A stretch of DNA of 32,000 nt from Ferroglobus placidus DSM 10642 (GCF_000025505.1 NC_013849.1:180001-212000); one strand, 5' to 3'. Positions 1 to 12,646 are shown, numbered from the stretch's first letter. The notes: a model not told the origin generated them from the sequence alone. Translations and numbers: made by a program.

Positions 1-243
1 CACGTCCACGTAATCGACGAAAAAGCGATGAGAATGAGTAAAAAAGAAAGGGAGGAGCTCGCTAAAGTGTATTCCTCCTACGGCATAGACGAGTGGGTAA
101 CGAATGGCGAGATGAGGCTTATAAGACTTCCCTACTCGCTGAACGGATTAGTTTCGAGGGTTTGCATTCCGCTAAGCGAAGAAGATAGAAGGTTCGATCC
201 GAGGTATGACGAACGGGCTATTCCGAAATTTCTTAAAAAATAA
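1..243 (+). CDS. priS: DNA primase small subunit (PriS), C-terminal part; 5' end outside window
   Basis: Frame open from base 1: HVHVIDEKAMRMSKKEREELAKVYSSYGIDEW...MRLIRLPYSLNG; resembles the PriS (R)GxH-x-x-DE and RLIRxPxSL motifs; ends in FDPRYDERAIPKFLKK. Confidence 0.65.
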   Translation, partial: HVHVIDEKAMRMSKKEREELAKVYSSYGIDEWVTNGEMRLIRLPYSLNGLVSRVCIPLSEEDRRFDPRYDERAIPKFLKK

Positions 244-248
244 TTTTG

Positions 249-356
249 TTATTCCTTTTTAGCTTTTTCTTCCTCACCGTAGTAGTAAAGCTTCTTTTTC
301 TCGGCTTTTTCCTCCTCACCGTAGTAATACATCTTCTTCTTTTCTTCTTCTGCCAT
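249..356 (-). CDS. Small charged repetitive protein (35 aa), MAEEEKKKMYYYGEEEKAEKKKLYYYGEEEKAKKE
   Basis: Short ORF below the track cutoff; contains tandem copies of KKK(M/L)YYYGEEEKA; frame stays open upstream of the ATG. Confidence 0.45.
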   Translation of the reverse strand: MAEEEKKKMYYYGEEEKAEKKKLYYYGEEEKAKKE

Positions 357-541
357 GAAACTTAGTTTTTCACAAAAGTTTATTACGTTTTCGTTGTATC
401 TATCGTCCTTGCGGTAACTCCACTCTCAACACGGACTCACGATCGTTATTAGATTGTTCTTTCATGAATTTTCCTTCTTTTTCGAATAATTTACCGAAAA
501 CACTTAAATAGTAAAAATTTTAGAAAATTAAAAATTGCAAT

Positions 542-2830
542 TTGGTGGTTAAAGTGAAAATCTCAAGAATTTCTGTCTTTTTGGTATTTGCTGTTCTAAC
601 CCTTAGCAGCGTTGCAAACGCAAAATACGACCCTCCCGGTCCTCCAGCTGTTGAGGTGAGAGTGTGGCTCGTCAACTTCACACCCTTGGAGAACTTCGAC
701 GACGGAGCTAACGGCAAATCTGACATCCTTTTTGAAGGCTCAGCAGACGTTAAAAAGGGAGGAAAGTCGTACAAGTTATACTTCGAGTACGATTACGATT
801 CCGTCAGTGGAGCGATCGTTCCAAAAAATAGTAAGGGAAAGGAAGTTATGTACTTGCTCTACAGCGAGAGGGAGTGCTGGCCAGTTAATCTCGAAGTAGA
901 GGTAAAAGCTACTGATGTGGACAGCCCTCCGATAGACCCCAACGACTTCTTGGGGAGTGCGAAGTTTAAAGTCGACCCCCAGCTGAAAAAGGAACACTAC
1001 AGCATAACAATACCGGGGAAGTTCCTCGTGAACGTTTACGTTGAAGCCGTACCCGTTAGAGATGATGCCGATAAGTGCTCTTACTTCTTCGACCAGCCCG
1101 AAACGATGTCGAGCAGCATCGTGACGAAGAGCGGAACGAACATCTACGACTTTGAGCTTGCTAACATGCTGGACATGTGGATCGGTGAGAAAGGTTACGC
1201 AAATATGCTTGTCGTATTCCAGCAGTGCTTTGGTGGGGGAATGGCTGACGACATTCTCGACAAGCTCGATGGAGATATAGCGATTCTCTCTGCCTCCAAA
1301 CACGACGAACCAGCATACGGGTACAAAAATGCGGAGAGCATGGAGAAACAGAAGACTAACCCCTATACGAGAGAAGTCCTAAAAGGGTTGAAAGAAGATA
1401 AAAAAGCGGAAGATGTCGGTAAAAGTGCGGAAAAGAAAGACGAATTCAGCGCTTATGGAGCTAAGAGGTACTACGAAGGAGCGACTTCCGTCAGGAAAAA
1501 TGTCGAACATCCCCAGTACGTTTCCAAAGGAAAAGGTAACGCCATATCCCTTGGAAAGAGAGCGGATGGGAGTGAAGTTAAGAGTAAGCACGCGATTGTA
1601 TTTGGAGGAAACAACAACAAAATGAGACACTGGAAAAACATAGAGGAGTTCGTTGGACTACTACTCAAAAGCAAAGGATTCTCGGATGAGGACATTGTTG
1701 TTCTGGCTGATTCTGGAAAGAATAGTGGAAAAGCGTACGTTGACGGTCCCGGAACGAAGCAGGCTTTGTGGAACGCTATAAAAGATTTATCTGCTAAAAT
1801 GAACAAGGATGAGCAGCTCGTGATCTACGTGACAGATCACGGAAACCTCGAAACTGCGGATAAAGCTGTGAGGAAAGTTATAAACGATCCCGTAAGGCAG
1901 CCGATTCCTCCGAGAAATAACGAGCTGAAGGATGGAGCGCTCTGGCTTCTCAACGAAAGCTTTCTCAATCTGCTAAACATTACTGACGACAACGATCCTT
2001 ACCTAGCTTTAATGGTATCGCTCCAAGATGGAACGGAAGACATAAACGAGATCTCGGAGTTTCTTTCAAACGTAATCGTTTATCTGAACGGTAAAGCTCT
2101 GAAAGCTAACGAAATCGAGCCGGTTTATGCGCTCGACAACAAACCCGATTTAGATGCCTACGAAGTCACTTTCCCTATCTACAACGAGTCTCTTCTGAAA
2201 GAAAAGAACCTCATAGAGCTTGAGTTCGTCGAGCCAGAGGTGTTCGAACCCTTCTTGGTGGAAGTGGTCGTGATATCCACGGGTGCCATGCCCGACCTCG
2301 TCTTTGAAGAGTTGAACGAAAGCGATGTTGCACCTCTGCCCCAAAAAACTACGTTCGTAGTAGATTTGGATACGGTAGTCTCAACAGATCGTATCGAGCT
2401 GAACGAGAGCGAGATGGATGAGCTGCTTGGCAATGAGCTTTTCGAGCTAATAGTGGAGAAGAAAGAGTGGTATAACAACAACACTCACCTCGTGCCAGAT
2501 ATTCTAAAGAGCTGGTTCGGAAATGAAAAAATAAATGTCGAAATTGAGATGAAAGACGGTGGAGCTATGGACATCTACCTTGTTCTGGAGAACGCTTACG
2601 TTACCGAGCTTGAGAAGGGGAAGCTAAGCGATGCAACAGCCAAAGCAAAGCTGAGAGAAGACACGGCAAGGAGAATCCTTAACTCCGACGATCCGGTTAA
2701 GGAGATCCAAGACGCTTACGGCAGCGGTGAAATAAGATACGAGGGTGTCGGGCTAATGAAAAGCCTTCAGGTGGAGTTCACGAAAGTCATCGTGAGAATC
2801 TACTTCGTAATAACCGACTTACTGGGCTGA
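542..2830 (+). CDS. Secreted protein with caspase/legumain-like (clan CD) motifs in permuted order
   Basis: N-terminal signal sequence; MLVVFQQCFGGG...AILSASKHDEPAYG and later HAIVFGG...LLKSKGFSDEDIVVL...LVIYVTDHGN; real start probably GTG 545 or 554; TATA-like TTAAATAG upstream. Confidence 0.7.
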   Translation: MVVKVKISRISVFLVFAVLTLSSVANAKYDPPGPPAVEVRVWLVNFTPLENFDDGANGKSDILFEGSADVKKGGKSYKLYFEYDYDSVSGAIVPKNSKGKEVMYLLYSERECWPVNLEVEVKATDVDSPPIDPNDFLGSAKFKVDPQLKKEHYSITIPGKFLVNVYVEAVPVRDDADKCSYFFDQPETMSSSIVTKSGTNIYDFELANMLDMWIGEKGYANMLVVFQQCFGGGMADDILDKLDGDIAILSASKHDEPAYGYKNAESMEKQKTNPYTREVLKGLKEDKKAEDVGKSAEKKDEFSAYGAKRYYEGATSVRKNVEHPQYVSKGKGNAISLGKRADGSEVKSKHAIVFGGNNNKMRHWKNIEEFVGLLLKSKGFSDEDIVVLADSGKNSGKAYVDGPGTKQALWNAIKDLSAKMNKDEQLVIYVTDHGNLETADKAVRKVINDPVRQPIPPRNNELKDGALWLLNESFLNLLNITDDNDPYLALMVSLQDGTEDINEISEFLSNVIVYLNGKALKANEIEPVYALDNKPDLDAYEVTFPIYNESLLKEKNLIELEFVEPEVFEPFLVEVVVISTGAMPDLVFEELNESDVAPLPQKTTFVVDLDTVVSTDRIELNESEMDELLGNELFELIVEKKEWYNNNTHLVPDILKSWFGNEKINVEIEMKDGGAMDIYLVLENAYVTELEKGKLSDATAKAKLREDTARRILNSDDPVKEIQDAYGSGEIRYEGVGLMKSLQVEFTKVIVRIYFVITDLLG

Positions 2831-2835
2831 TTGAA

Positions 2836-4119
2836 ATGCGGTACCTATTTTTCTTTTTACTAACAGCAATCGTGCTTACAGGGTGTGGAGACGATGACAA
2901 AAGTGCTGAAAGAGCGGAAAACGCGAACGAACTTCTATCACTTCTCGAAGATGCTGATAGCTATGTTGATGAAAGTATGCAAGCAATCTTAGAAAGTAAA
3001 TACGGTGATGCCAGGAGGAGTGCACTTATAGCTAAGGGCACAATTTCTGATGCCAAGATTAAGTTTGAAATTCTCAGAGATGGGCTTTCAGCAGAGGATG
3101 TAGAGCTTGTAGAAAAGCTCATCGAATACGAGGATAGATGGGCGACTTTAGCTTACAAAACCGCTAATATTCAAGAGCTGAGTGACGAGCTTTTCGCTGG
3201 AATAGATAGCGAAGAAGCAGCTTACATGATTCCAAAAGTGGAGCTGCTCGAAAGAGGAATGAGGGAGAACGCTGAGGACTGGAATGAGCTTGCGAATTTT
3301 TTGGAAAGAAACCTTCACATCCTCCAGAGGATGGGAATTGGGAAAGGAGAAGTCGATTCCATAAGGAGTCTTTCAGAATCAACGTTTCAGCTTGCAGATA
3401 CGCTTGTAGATTATAAATCCAAGCTCGTCTCTCAGCTTGACAACACATACACTCCTTTGGACGAAAGGGAAATCGAAGGCAAGGAAGTTGATAACAGCAG
3501 AAACAGCGAACTTATCACTCCAGAGGTCGCTGAGCTGTTTGAAAGCTTTGATAGAGACGGAAACGGAAAGCTGAGCATAGCCGAGGCAGAGGAGTTCTTC
3601 TACTGGGCTGAAAACAGCATAGCCTACAGGTACGACGATGAGAATGCGAAAAACACTGTAGCTGGCTTTAAAGTCGGTGACGGTAGAGATGGCGGGGACT
3701 ACAGACAGACTCCCGAAGAGACGATAAAAGAAAGAGCTGGAGATTGCGAAGATCTGGCAACGCTTGAAGTAGCTTTCTACAAATACTACGGCATCGAAGC
3801 CTACGTTGTCGGAGTTGACACAAAGATTCAGGGACTTGTCGATCACGCAGCAGCAATAGTGAAGATAGGAGATAACAAGGAACGGTTTAAGAAGGTGCTT
3901 GGCAACCTACTTTACTACGAGCTTGAAGATGCGAGAGATGTTTACGGAAACAGGATATCCCCCGGAGTTTACATGATCGTTGACAACACTTACTCTGGAG
4001 CTTTCGGATACATAAGCGGAGGAACGGACGCATTTATGATATACTGCATAATCCCCTTCGAAAAAGGGTATGGAGAGGAGTGGAATAAGATAGTGAGGAG
4101 CTGCGTATCCATGGATTAA
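2836..4119 (+). CDS. Lipoprotein with EF-hand-like motif and transglutaminase-like domain
   Basis: MRYLFFFLLTAIVLTGCG lipobox; DRDGNGKLSIAEAEEFF EF-hand loop; GDCEDLATLEVAFYKYYGIEAYVV...DHAAAIV Cys/His motifs; 5 nt after upstream stop. Confidence 0.65.
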   Translation: MRYLFFFLLTAIVLTGCGDDDKSAERAENANELLSLLEDADSYVDESMQAILESKYGDARRSALIAKGTISDAKIKFEILRDGLSAEDVELVEKLIEYEDRWATLAYKTANIQELSDELFAGIDSEEAAYMIPKVELLERGMRENAEDWNELANFLERNLHILQRMGIGKGEVDSIRSLSESTFQLADTLVDYKSKLVSQLDNTYTPLDEREIEGKEVDNSRNSELITPEVAELFESFDRDGNGKLSIAEAEEFFYWAENSIAYRYDDENAKNTVAGFKVGDGRDGGDYRQTPEETIKERAGDCEDLATLEVAFYKYYGIEAYVVGVDTKIQGLVDHAAAIVKIGDNKERFKKVLGNLLYYELEDARDVYGNRISPGVYMIVDNTYSGAFGYISGGTDAFMIYCIIPFEKGYGEEWNKIVRSCVSMD

Positions 4120-4183
4120 TTCTGCGCTCTTTTTACGAAAAACATTTATCTGATTTTTGAACGTAATTTCATAGGTGTAAGCA

Positions 4184-4840
4184 ATGAGGGAAAGTACTAA
4201 ACTCCTCTTCGCTTTGATTCTTGTCTTCGTTTCAGTAGCGTTTGCAGTATACAAAACGAGGAGTACTACGAGCGAAAACGTTCTCGTAAGCAACTGGCTG
4301 CCCGTTTTGACGTTAACGCTTACCGCCGTTCTCATCGTCTTCGGACTCTTAGTTCTTGCCGGATACCTCAACAACAGGAGTTTAAGCAGAGGAGAGATGA
4401 GAAGAGCTATAGCTGGGGCTTTTGTGGCAGGTTTTCACGTTCTACTTGTGATTAGCGTAATCTTCTCGATTTACACGGAAAAAGTAGTCACGACATACTT
4501 AACAGCCTTGACGATGATCCTCGGTTTTTACTTCGGCTCGAGAACCGTTCAAACTCGGCAAGAAGAGGGGGAGAAAATTGAGGTAGAGAACGTTCACTTC
4601 GCTAAAAACGGTAGGAAAGAGCTGATTATCAGCGTTAGGAACCTCAGCTCAAGAAACGTTACCATAGACACGATTTACATAAATAAAGAGCCAAAAATCG
4701 TGAAAGAAAAAGCTGAAATCGCTCCCAAAGAGGTAAAGCACATTCCGCTGGAGTTTAACTGGATTGAAGGAGAGAGGTACGAGGTAAAGGTGTGTTCGGC
4801 TGAGGGTTTAAAAGCGACGACGGAGGTGAAAGCGAAATGA
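4184..4840 (+). CDS. Hypothetical membrane protein with several TM helices and C-terminal soluble beta-rich tail
   Basis: Continuous ORF, multiple hydrophobic segments, overlaps the downstream start by 4 nt. Confidence 0.6.
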   Translation: MRESTKLLFALILVFVSVAFAVYKTRSTTSENVLVSNWLPVLTLTLTAVLIVFGLLVLAGYLNNRSLSRGEMRRAIAGAFVAGFHVLLVISVIFSIYTEKVVTTYLTALTMILGFYFGSRTVQTRQEEGEKIEVENVHFAKNGRKELIISVRNLSSRNVTIDTIYINKEPKIVKEKAEIAPKEVKHIPLEFNWIEGERYEVKVCSAEGLKATTEVKAK

Positions 4841-5208
4841 GCAAGTTGAGGGGACACCATCTAATTTGCTTGAACTTTTTTAAAGGAGAAGGTTACAGCG
4901 AAGAGTTCGTTGAGGCTGTGAGAAAAGCAGTGTCTTCAGAAAAAGTGGTCGTCGTTTCCGGTGGAGACGACGTCTGCGAAAAGTGTCCGAGCTGGGAAAA
5001 TGGGTGTAAATCTTACGGAGAGGATTACATAAGGAGGATAGACGAGCTCGCCTTATCGCTTCTTGGAATTAAGGAAGGTGAGGAGGTTAGCTGGAAAGAA
5101 ATAAGAGACAGGCTGAAGGGTGCTATGAAAACTTGGAGGAGAGAAGTTTGTTCTGAATGCGAGTGGCTCAAAGTTTGCAGAGAAACTGAGATCTGGAAAA
5201 GCGTTTAA
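4837..5208 (+). CDS. DUF1284-family cysteine-rich protein
   Basis: LRGHHLICLNFFKGEGYSEEFVEAV ... CEKCPSWENGC ... CSECEWLKVC. Confidence 0.75.
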   Translation: MSKLRGHHLICLNFFKGEGYSEEFVEAVRKAVSSEKVVVVSGGDDVCEKCPSWENGCKSYGEDYIRRIDELALSLLGIKEGEEVSWKEIRDRLKGAMKTWRREVCSECEWLKVCRETEIWKSV

Positions 5209-5248
5209 ACGGCAAATCTTTTTATACAGCTCATCCCTCGCTTAATCA

Positions 5249-6022
5249 ATGTCCCTTTGGGAGTTTATAAAGAAGTATTACATCGATTCAATAGTTTACA
5301 AGCAAGGATACAACATCGTCAACACGCTGACTTGGGCTGCAATACTTCTCGTTGCTGCCTGGCTGATATATAGGTATCTCAGCAAAAGACTCTTTTTCGA
5401 TAAAAAATTCATGCTTTACACAGTTCCTTTCATCTTCTTCGGCTCCTCTGTTAGAGTTGTCGAGGATGCCGGCTTTCTTCAACCTCCAATCTCTTACGTA
5501 TTCATGAGTCCGATGATATATGTCCTCGTTTTTTCCATAGCTTTCCCCACACTGCTAATCGCTTTGAAAATGAAGAATTTGAAAATTTACCCTTACACGG
5601 GAATAATACTTGCTGCGATTCCTCCTATTATTCTTCTCACCAACCTTCGGATTGAAAACTGGTGGGTCTTTCCTGCTTCAATCGCTCTCGCCTTAATTTT
5701 TACTCTCATCTTCTCTACACTAAGCAAAAATGACGAGAGCAGAATAGCTTTTTTCTCGCAAATGCTTGACGGATCGGCAAGCTTCATAGGTTTGCAGTTC
5801 CTCGGGTACTGGGAGCTTCACGTTTTACCGAGATTCTTAATTTCTTTAACTGGACCATGGATAATGATTCCGCTGAAGTTCGTAATATTCTTTCTAATAC
5901 TGCTGTATCTGGACAAAGTTGACGAGGAGGAAAATTTAAAAGGATTCATAAAGTTCGTAATAATGGTGCTCGGTTTGGCTCCTGGCATTAGGAATGCGTT
6001 AAGAATGACCTTCGGTGTCTGA
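5249..6022 (+). CDS. DUF63-family membrane protein
   Basis: VNTLTWAAILLVAAW...FFGSSVRVVEDAGF pattern, multi-TM. Confidence 0.7.
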   Translation: MSLWEFIKKYYIDSIVYKQGYNIVNTLTWAAILLVAAWLIYRYLSKRLFFDKKFMLYTVPFIFFGSSVRVVEDAGFLQPPISYVFMSPMIYVLVFSIAFPTLLIALKMKNLKIYPYTGIILAAIPPIILLTNLRIENWWVFPASIALALIFTLIFSTLSKNDESRIAFFSQMLDGSASFIGLQFLGYWELHVLPRFLISLTGPWIMIPLKFVIFFLILLYLDKVDEEENLKGFIKFVIMVLGLAPGIRNALRMTFGV

Positions 6023-6563
6023 GATGATCAGATTCACTCTCGCCTTGCTGTTTGTCCTTACGACTCTCGCCTCATACAACTTTGCAATCGAAAATCCAGA
6101 TTCAGCAAAAGAAGTCGTGGATAGTTTGTTCTCTCAGTTTAATTTCGTCATAGAGCTTCCTCACTACCTTGTTTTTCTGGTGATTTTTCTCAACAACTCG
6201 ATAAAAGCGTTTTTAGCGATAATACTTGGAGTTCTCTTAATCCCTCCTATCTTCTTTGTTCTGACCAACGGATTTATCTTGGGAATAGTTGTGGGAGTAA
6301 AAGGGGCTGAGCTCGGTTTGATAAAAACTCTGATGATGATTCTTCCTCACGGAATTATAGAAATTCCGGCGATGATAGTTTCTGCAGCTTACGGAACGGA
6401 GGTCGGAATTGCCGTTCTTAAAAAAATAAGAAACGAGGAGATAAACCTTTCAAGAGTTTTTCACGAAAAAATTGAGAAGTTCTGGAAGCGTTTGCTTCCG
6501 GCTTTTTTAGTGGCTGCACTTATCGAGACCTACGTAACTCCTGTTGTGGCTAATCTATTTTGA
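6015..6563 (+). CDS. Stage II sporulation protein M-like (DUF95) membrane protein
   Basis: LTNGFILGIVVG...LILPHGIIEIPAMIVSAAYG-type core (here MMILPHGIIEIPAMIVSAAYG). Confidence 0.75.
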   Translation: MSEMIRFTLALLFVLTTLASYNFAIENPDSAKEVVDSLFSQFNFVIELPHYLVFLVIFLNNSIKAFLAIILGVLLIPPIFFVLTNGFILGIVVGVKGAELGLIKTLMMILPHGIIEIPAMIVSAAYGTEVGIAVLKKIRNEEINLSRVFHEKIEKFWKRLLPAFLVAALIETYVTPVVANLF

Positions 6564-7077
6564 TTCTCTTCTTCTCCTCCTTCTTAGGATACTTCTTCTT
6601 CAGAATTACCTCAAGAACACCGTTGTTGTATCTTGCCTTGGCAGATTCCGGATCTACTTCAGCCGGTAAGTCAACTACCTCGTAGTACCTTCTGTTCTCT
6701 CCCTCCGCTTTAATCTCGAGCTTGGTTTCGCTTGCGTTAACCTCTATGTCCTCCTTGCTAACTCCGGGCATTTCCGCAATTACTTGCACTTCATCGTCCG
6801 TCTCTATCACATCAACGAGTGGCTTTCTCTCTTCGACTCCAGCCTCTCTTATCACTGGCTTCGTTCCGAACTCTCTTATCTCTGGCTTTCCGTCGGGTCC
6901 TATTCTAATGCTGAATCCTCTGACTATCGGCTTTATTTCACCGCTCTCCGCTTTCCTCACTATCTCTTCGAAGTCCCTCATCATTCTCTCGAATATCTCG
7001 TCGAACATCTCGAACTCTCTACCAAAAAATTCCTCGAAAAATTCATCAAACCAATCCCACCTTCTCCTTCTCCTCAT
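6550..7077 (-). CDS. Small heat shock protein, Hsp20/alpha-crystallin family
   Basis: VDVIETDDEVQVIAEMPGVSKEDIEVNASETKLEIKAEGENRRYYEVVDLP...NGVLEVILKKK. Confidence 0.9.
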   Translation of the reverse strand: MRRRRRWDWFDEFFEEFFGREFEMFDEIFERMMRDFEEIVRKAESGEIKPIVRGFSIRIGPDGKPEIREFGTKPVIREAGVEERKPLVDVIETDDEVQVIAEMPGVSKEDIEVNASETKLEIKAEGENRRYYEVVDLPAEVDPESAKARYNNGVLEVILKKKYPKKEEKKRIKID

Positions 7078-7088
7078 ACTTCATCACC

Positions 7089-10117
<3,029 letters not shown>

Positions 10118-10153
10118 ACTCCCTTACCCTCACTGGCAATTAATCTTATCTGG

Positions 10154-10174
10154 TTACTAACTTTGTGTTAGTAA
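10154..10174. promoter_or_regulatory. HSR1-type operator, palindrome TTACTAAC-TTTGT-GTTAGTAA
   Basis: Perfect 8-bp arms containing CTAAC-N5-GTTAG; just downstream of a TATA box (TTTATATA on minus strand, about 10181-10188). Confidence 0.85.
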
Positions 10175-10244
10175 ATTGAATATATAAATTTTTTGGTTGG
10201 GTAATAAGAGTTGTGACTTTACCCTCTTCAGAATATTCTTCAGA

Positions 10245-12290
10245 CTACCTGAGTAGCCTCATAGAGTTGAGAATCGCTATCAACGTCACACCAACATCCG
10301 CAAACACTGCCTCCCACATTGTAGCAAGACCCAAAGATCCGAGAGCGATAAATATTCCTTTGACCGCCAGCGCAAACGTTATGTTCTGCCATACGATTCT
10401 CTGAGTTCTCTTTGAGAGTTTTAGGCTCTCCGACACCTTAGACGGTTTGTCGTCCATCACCACTACATCTGCAATTTCAATTGCCGCATCACTTCCCATC
10501 GCTCCCATGGCAATGCCAACATCAGCTCTCGCTATAACCGGAGCGTCGTTTATCCCATCGCCAACAAAGGCAACGCTGTCATACTTCTTTTTGAGTTCTT
10601 CTATAACCTCCACCTTTTGCCATGGCATTAACTCTGCGTAAAAATCGTCCACTCCAAGCTCTTTTGCAATCCTCTCAGCGACTCTTTTACTATCACCTGT
10701 TACCATCACAACCTTACATCCACTCTTTTTGAGCTCTTCTATCGCTTTCTTGGCATCTTCTTTCGGCTCATCACTCACAATTATGTATCCGGCGTACTTA
10801 CCATTGACTGCCACATGAACAACCGTCTCGTCTCTAAAGCATTCGTGCTCAACGTTCAACTCGTGCATCATCGCATCGTTTCCAACCGCTATTTTTGTTC
10901 CATCTAATTCAGCAACAACACCCCTTCCCGGGATCTCTTTGTGAGATTTCACCTCAGCCCTCACTTCTCCGTAAGCCTCAACGATGCTCTTCGCTATCGG
11001 ATGGTTGGAGTTTTTCTCAGCAATAGCCGCAAGCTTCAGCACTTCCTCTTCCTTAAATCCGTTCTTTGTAACAATCCCAACGACTTTGAAGGAACCCTTA
11101 GTTAGTGTTCCGGTCTTGTCGAAAGCGAAAATTCTTGTTGAGGTTAATCGGTCTACGTAATTCGAACCTTTTACAAGCACACCAATCCTCGCAGCCTTAC
11201 CAATGGAAGCGAAATAGCTGAGAGGAATGGAAACAACGAGAGCACACGGACACGAGATGACGAGGAGGACAAGAGCTCTGTATATCCAAGGAGAAAATGG
11301 TTCGTTAAAAGCTATTGGAGGAATCGTGGATATTACTGCTGCCAAAGCTATAACTGCAGGAGTGTAGTATCTCGCGAATCTCGTTATGAACCTTTCCGCC
11401 TTAGCCTTTCTGCTGCTTGCTTCCTCAACGAGTTTAAGTATTTTGGAAACTGCCGATTCGCTGAAGCTTCTCGTTACTTTCACAACAATTAATCCGGAGA
11501 TGTTTACCATTCCAGAAAGCACTTCATCTCCGACAGCCACATCCCTCGGCTTTGATTCTCCAGTTAATGCGGAGGTGTCAACAACGGAATTTCCTTCCAC
11601 AATGACACCATCAAGAGGAATTTTTTCTCCCGGCTTCACGACGATTAGATCCCCAACCTTGACTTCCTCCGGCTTCACCCTTCTTACTTCTCCGTTCACT
11701 TTGAGATTCGCAAAGGTGGGCTTTATCTCCACCAAAGCCTTGATAGCTCTCCTCGATTTATCAACTGCCAGATCTTGTAGAAATTCTCCAACTCTGAAGA
11801 ACAGCATTACAGCCACAGCCTCTGGCAGCTCATGGATTGCTATCGCTCCAAGAGTCGCTATGGTTAAAAGGAAATTCTCATCAAAGACGACTTTATTTTT
11901 CAAATTCGTAATACCTTTCCAAATAATTTTCCAGCCGACTATGATGTAGGATGTTAGAAGAACAACGTATTCAGCCGGGAAAATTGCATGCAACTGTTCG
12001 TTAAATATTGTTCCAATTGCAAACAGAATAGCTGAGGTGAGAATAATTCCAATTTCTCTCTTCTTGTTTACATCAAGTTCCTCTTCTTTTTCAATGCTCT
12101 CCAATTCAACCTCCTGTTCCACTTTTTTCACAGTTTCAACAACCTTTTCGTGATCTTCGGCATCAACCACAAGCTCCGATGTGGCAAAGTTGACTGCTGC
12201 AAACTTCACACCATCTTGCTTTTTCAACTCCTCCTCTATTTCTAGAGCACAAGTCGCACAGTCCAGATTCTTGAGCTTGTACCTCTTCAT
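10245..12290 (-). CDS. cadA: P1B-type heavy-metal (Zn/Cd/Pb-like) ATPase
   Basis: N-terminal NLDCATCALEIEEELKK metal-binding domain; SCPCALV; DKTGTLTKG; GDGINDAPVIARADVGIAMG. Confidence 0.9.
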   Translation of the reverse strand: MKRYKLKNLDCATCALEIEEELKKQDGVKFAAVNFATSELVVDAEDHEKVVETVKKVEQEVELESIEKEEELDVNKKREIGIILTSAILFAIGTIFNEQLHAIFPAEYVVLLTSYIIVGWKIIWKGITNLKNKVVFDENFLLTIATLGAIAIHELPEAVAVMLFFRVGEFLQDLAVDKSRRAIKALVEIKPTFANLKVNGEVRRVKPEEVKVGDLIVVKPGEKIPLDGVIVEGNSVVDTSALTGESKPRDVAVGDEVLSGMVNISGLIVVKVTRSFSESAVSKILKLVEEASSRKAKAERFITRFARYYTPAVIALAAVISTIPPIAFNEPFSPWIYRALVLLVISCPCALVVSIPLSYFASIGKAARIGVLVKGSNYVDRLTSTRIFAFDKTGTLTKGSFKVVGIVTKNGFKEEEVLKLAAIAEKNSNHPIAKSIVEAYGEVRAEVKSHKEIPGRGVVAELDGTKIAVGNDAMMHELNVEHECFRDETVVHVAVNGKYAGYIIVSDEPKEDAKKAIEELKKSGCKVVMVTGDSKRVAERIAKELGVDDFYAELMPWQKVEVIEELKKKYDSVAFVGDGINDAPVIARADVGIAMGAMGSDAAIEIADVVVMDDKPSKVSESLKLSKRTQRIVWQNITFALAVKGIFIALGSLGLATMWEAVFADVGVTLIAILNSMRLLR

Positions 12291-12646
12291 TTTCTTCTCT
12301 CCTTAATATGCTCCATCGCAACCTTCAAAATTGCCTCAACATGCTCATCGTCGAGGGAGTAGTAGACGTTTCTTCCCGCTCTCCTATACTTCACGATCTT
12401 CTTATCCCGAAGAGTCCTGAGTTGATGCGAGATTGCCGAAACTGACAACCCGGTAATTGAGGATAAATCGCACGTGCACAATTCACCGATTGTAAGCGCT
12501 AATAGAATCTTGATCCTCGTTGAATCTGCAAAAGCTTCGAGAAACTCGGCTAACTCCACTATTAAGTCATCCTCTGGAAGTTTTGACAGTACTTCTTCCA
12601 CCTGCTGGTTGTTAAAGCTCTTACAGGTCGGAACACTTCTATCCAT
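12287..12646 (-). CDS. ArsR/SmtB-family metal-sensing repressor
   Basis: LTIGELCTCDLSSITGLSVSAISHQLRTLRDKKIVKYRRAGRNVYYSL (ELCxCDL metal site); start ATG at 12646 preferred over the longer TTG ORF to 12664; overlaps the ATPase ORF by 4 nt. Confidence 0.9.
   Translation of the reverse strand: MDRSVPTCKSFNNQQVEEVLSKLPEDDLIVELAEFLEAFADSTRIKILLALTIGELCTCDLSSITGLSVSAISHQLRTLRDKKIVKYRRAGRNVYYSLDDEHVEAILKVAMEHIKERRK

Noticed and set aside
542-2830. Simple inactive C13-like pseudoprotease lacking the catalytic Cys
   Set aside because: No Cys follows the His motif, but a good QCFGGG motif lies before it, so permutation explains the sequence better than loss.
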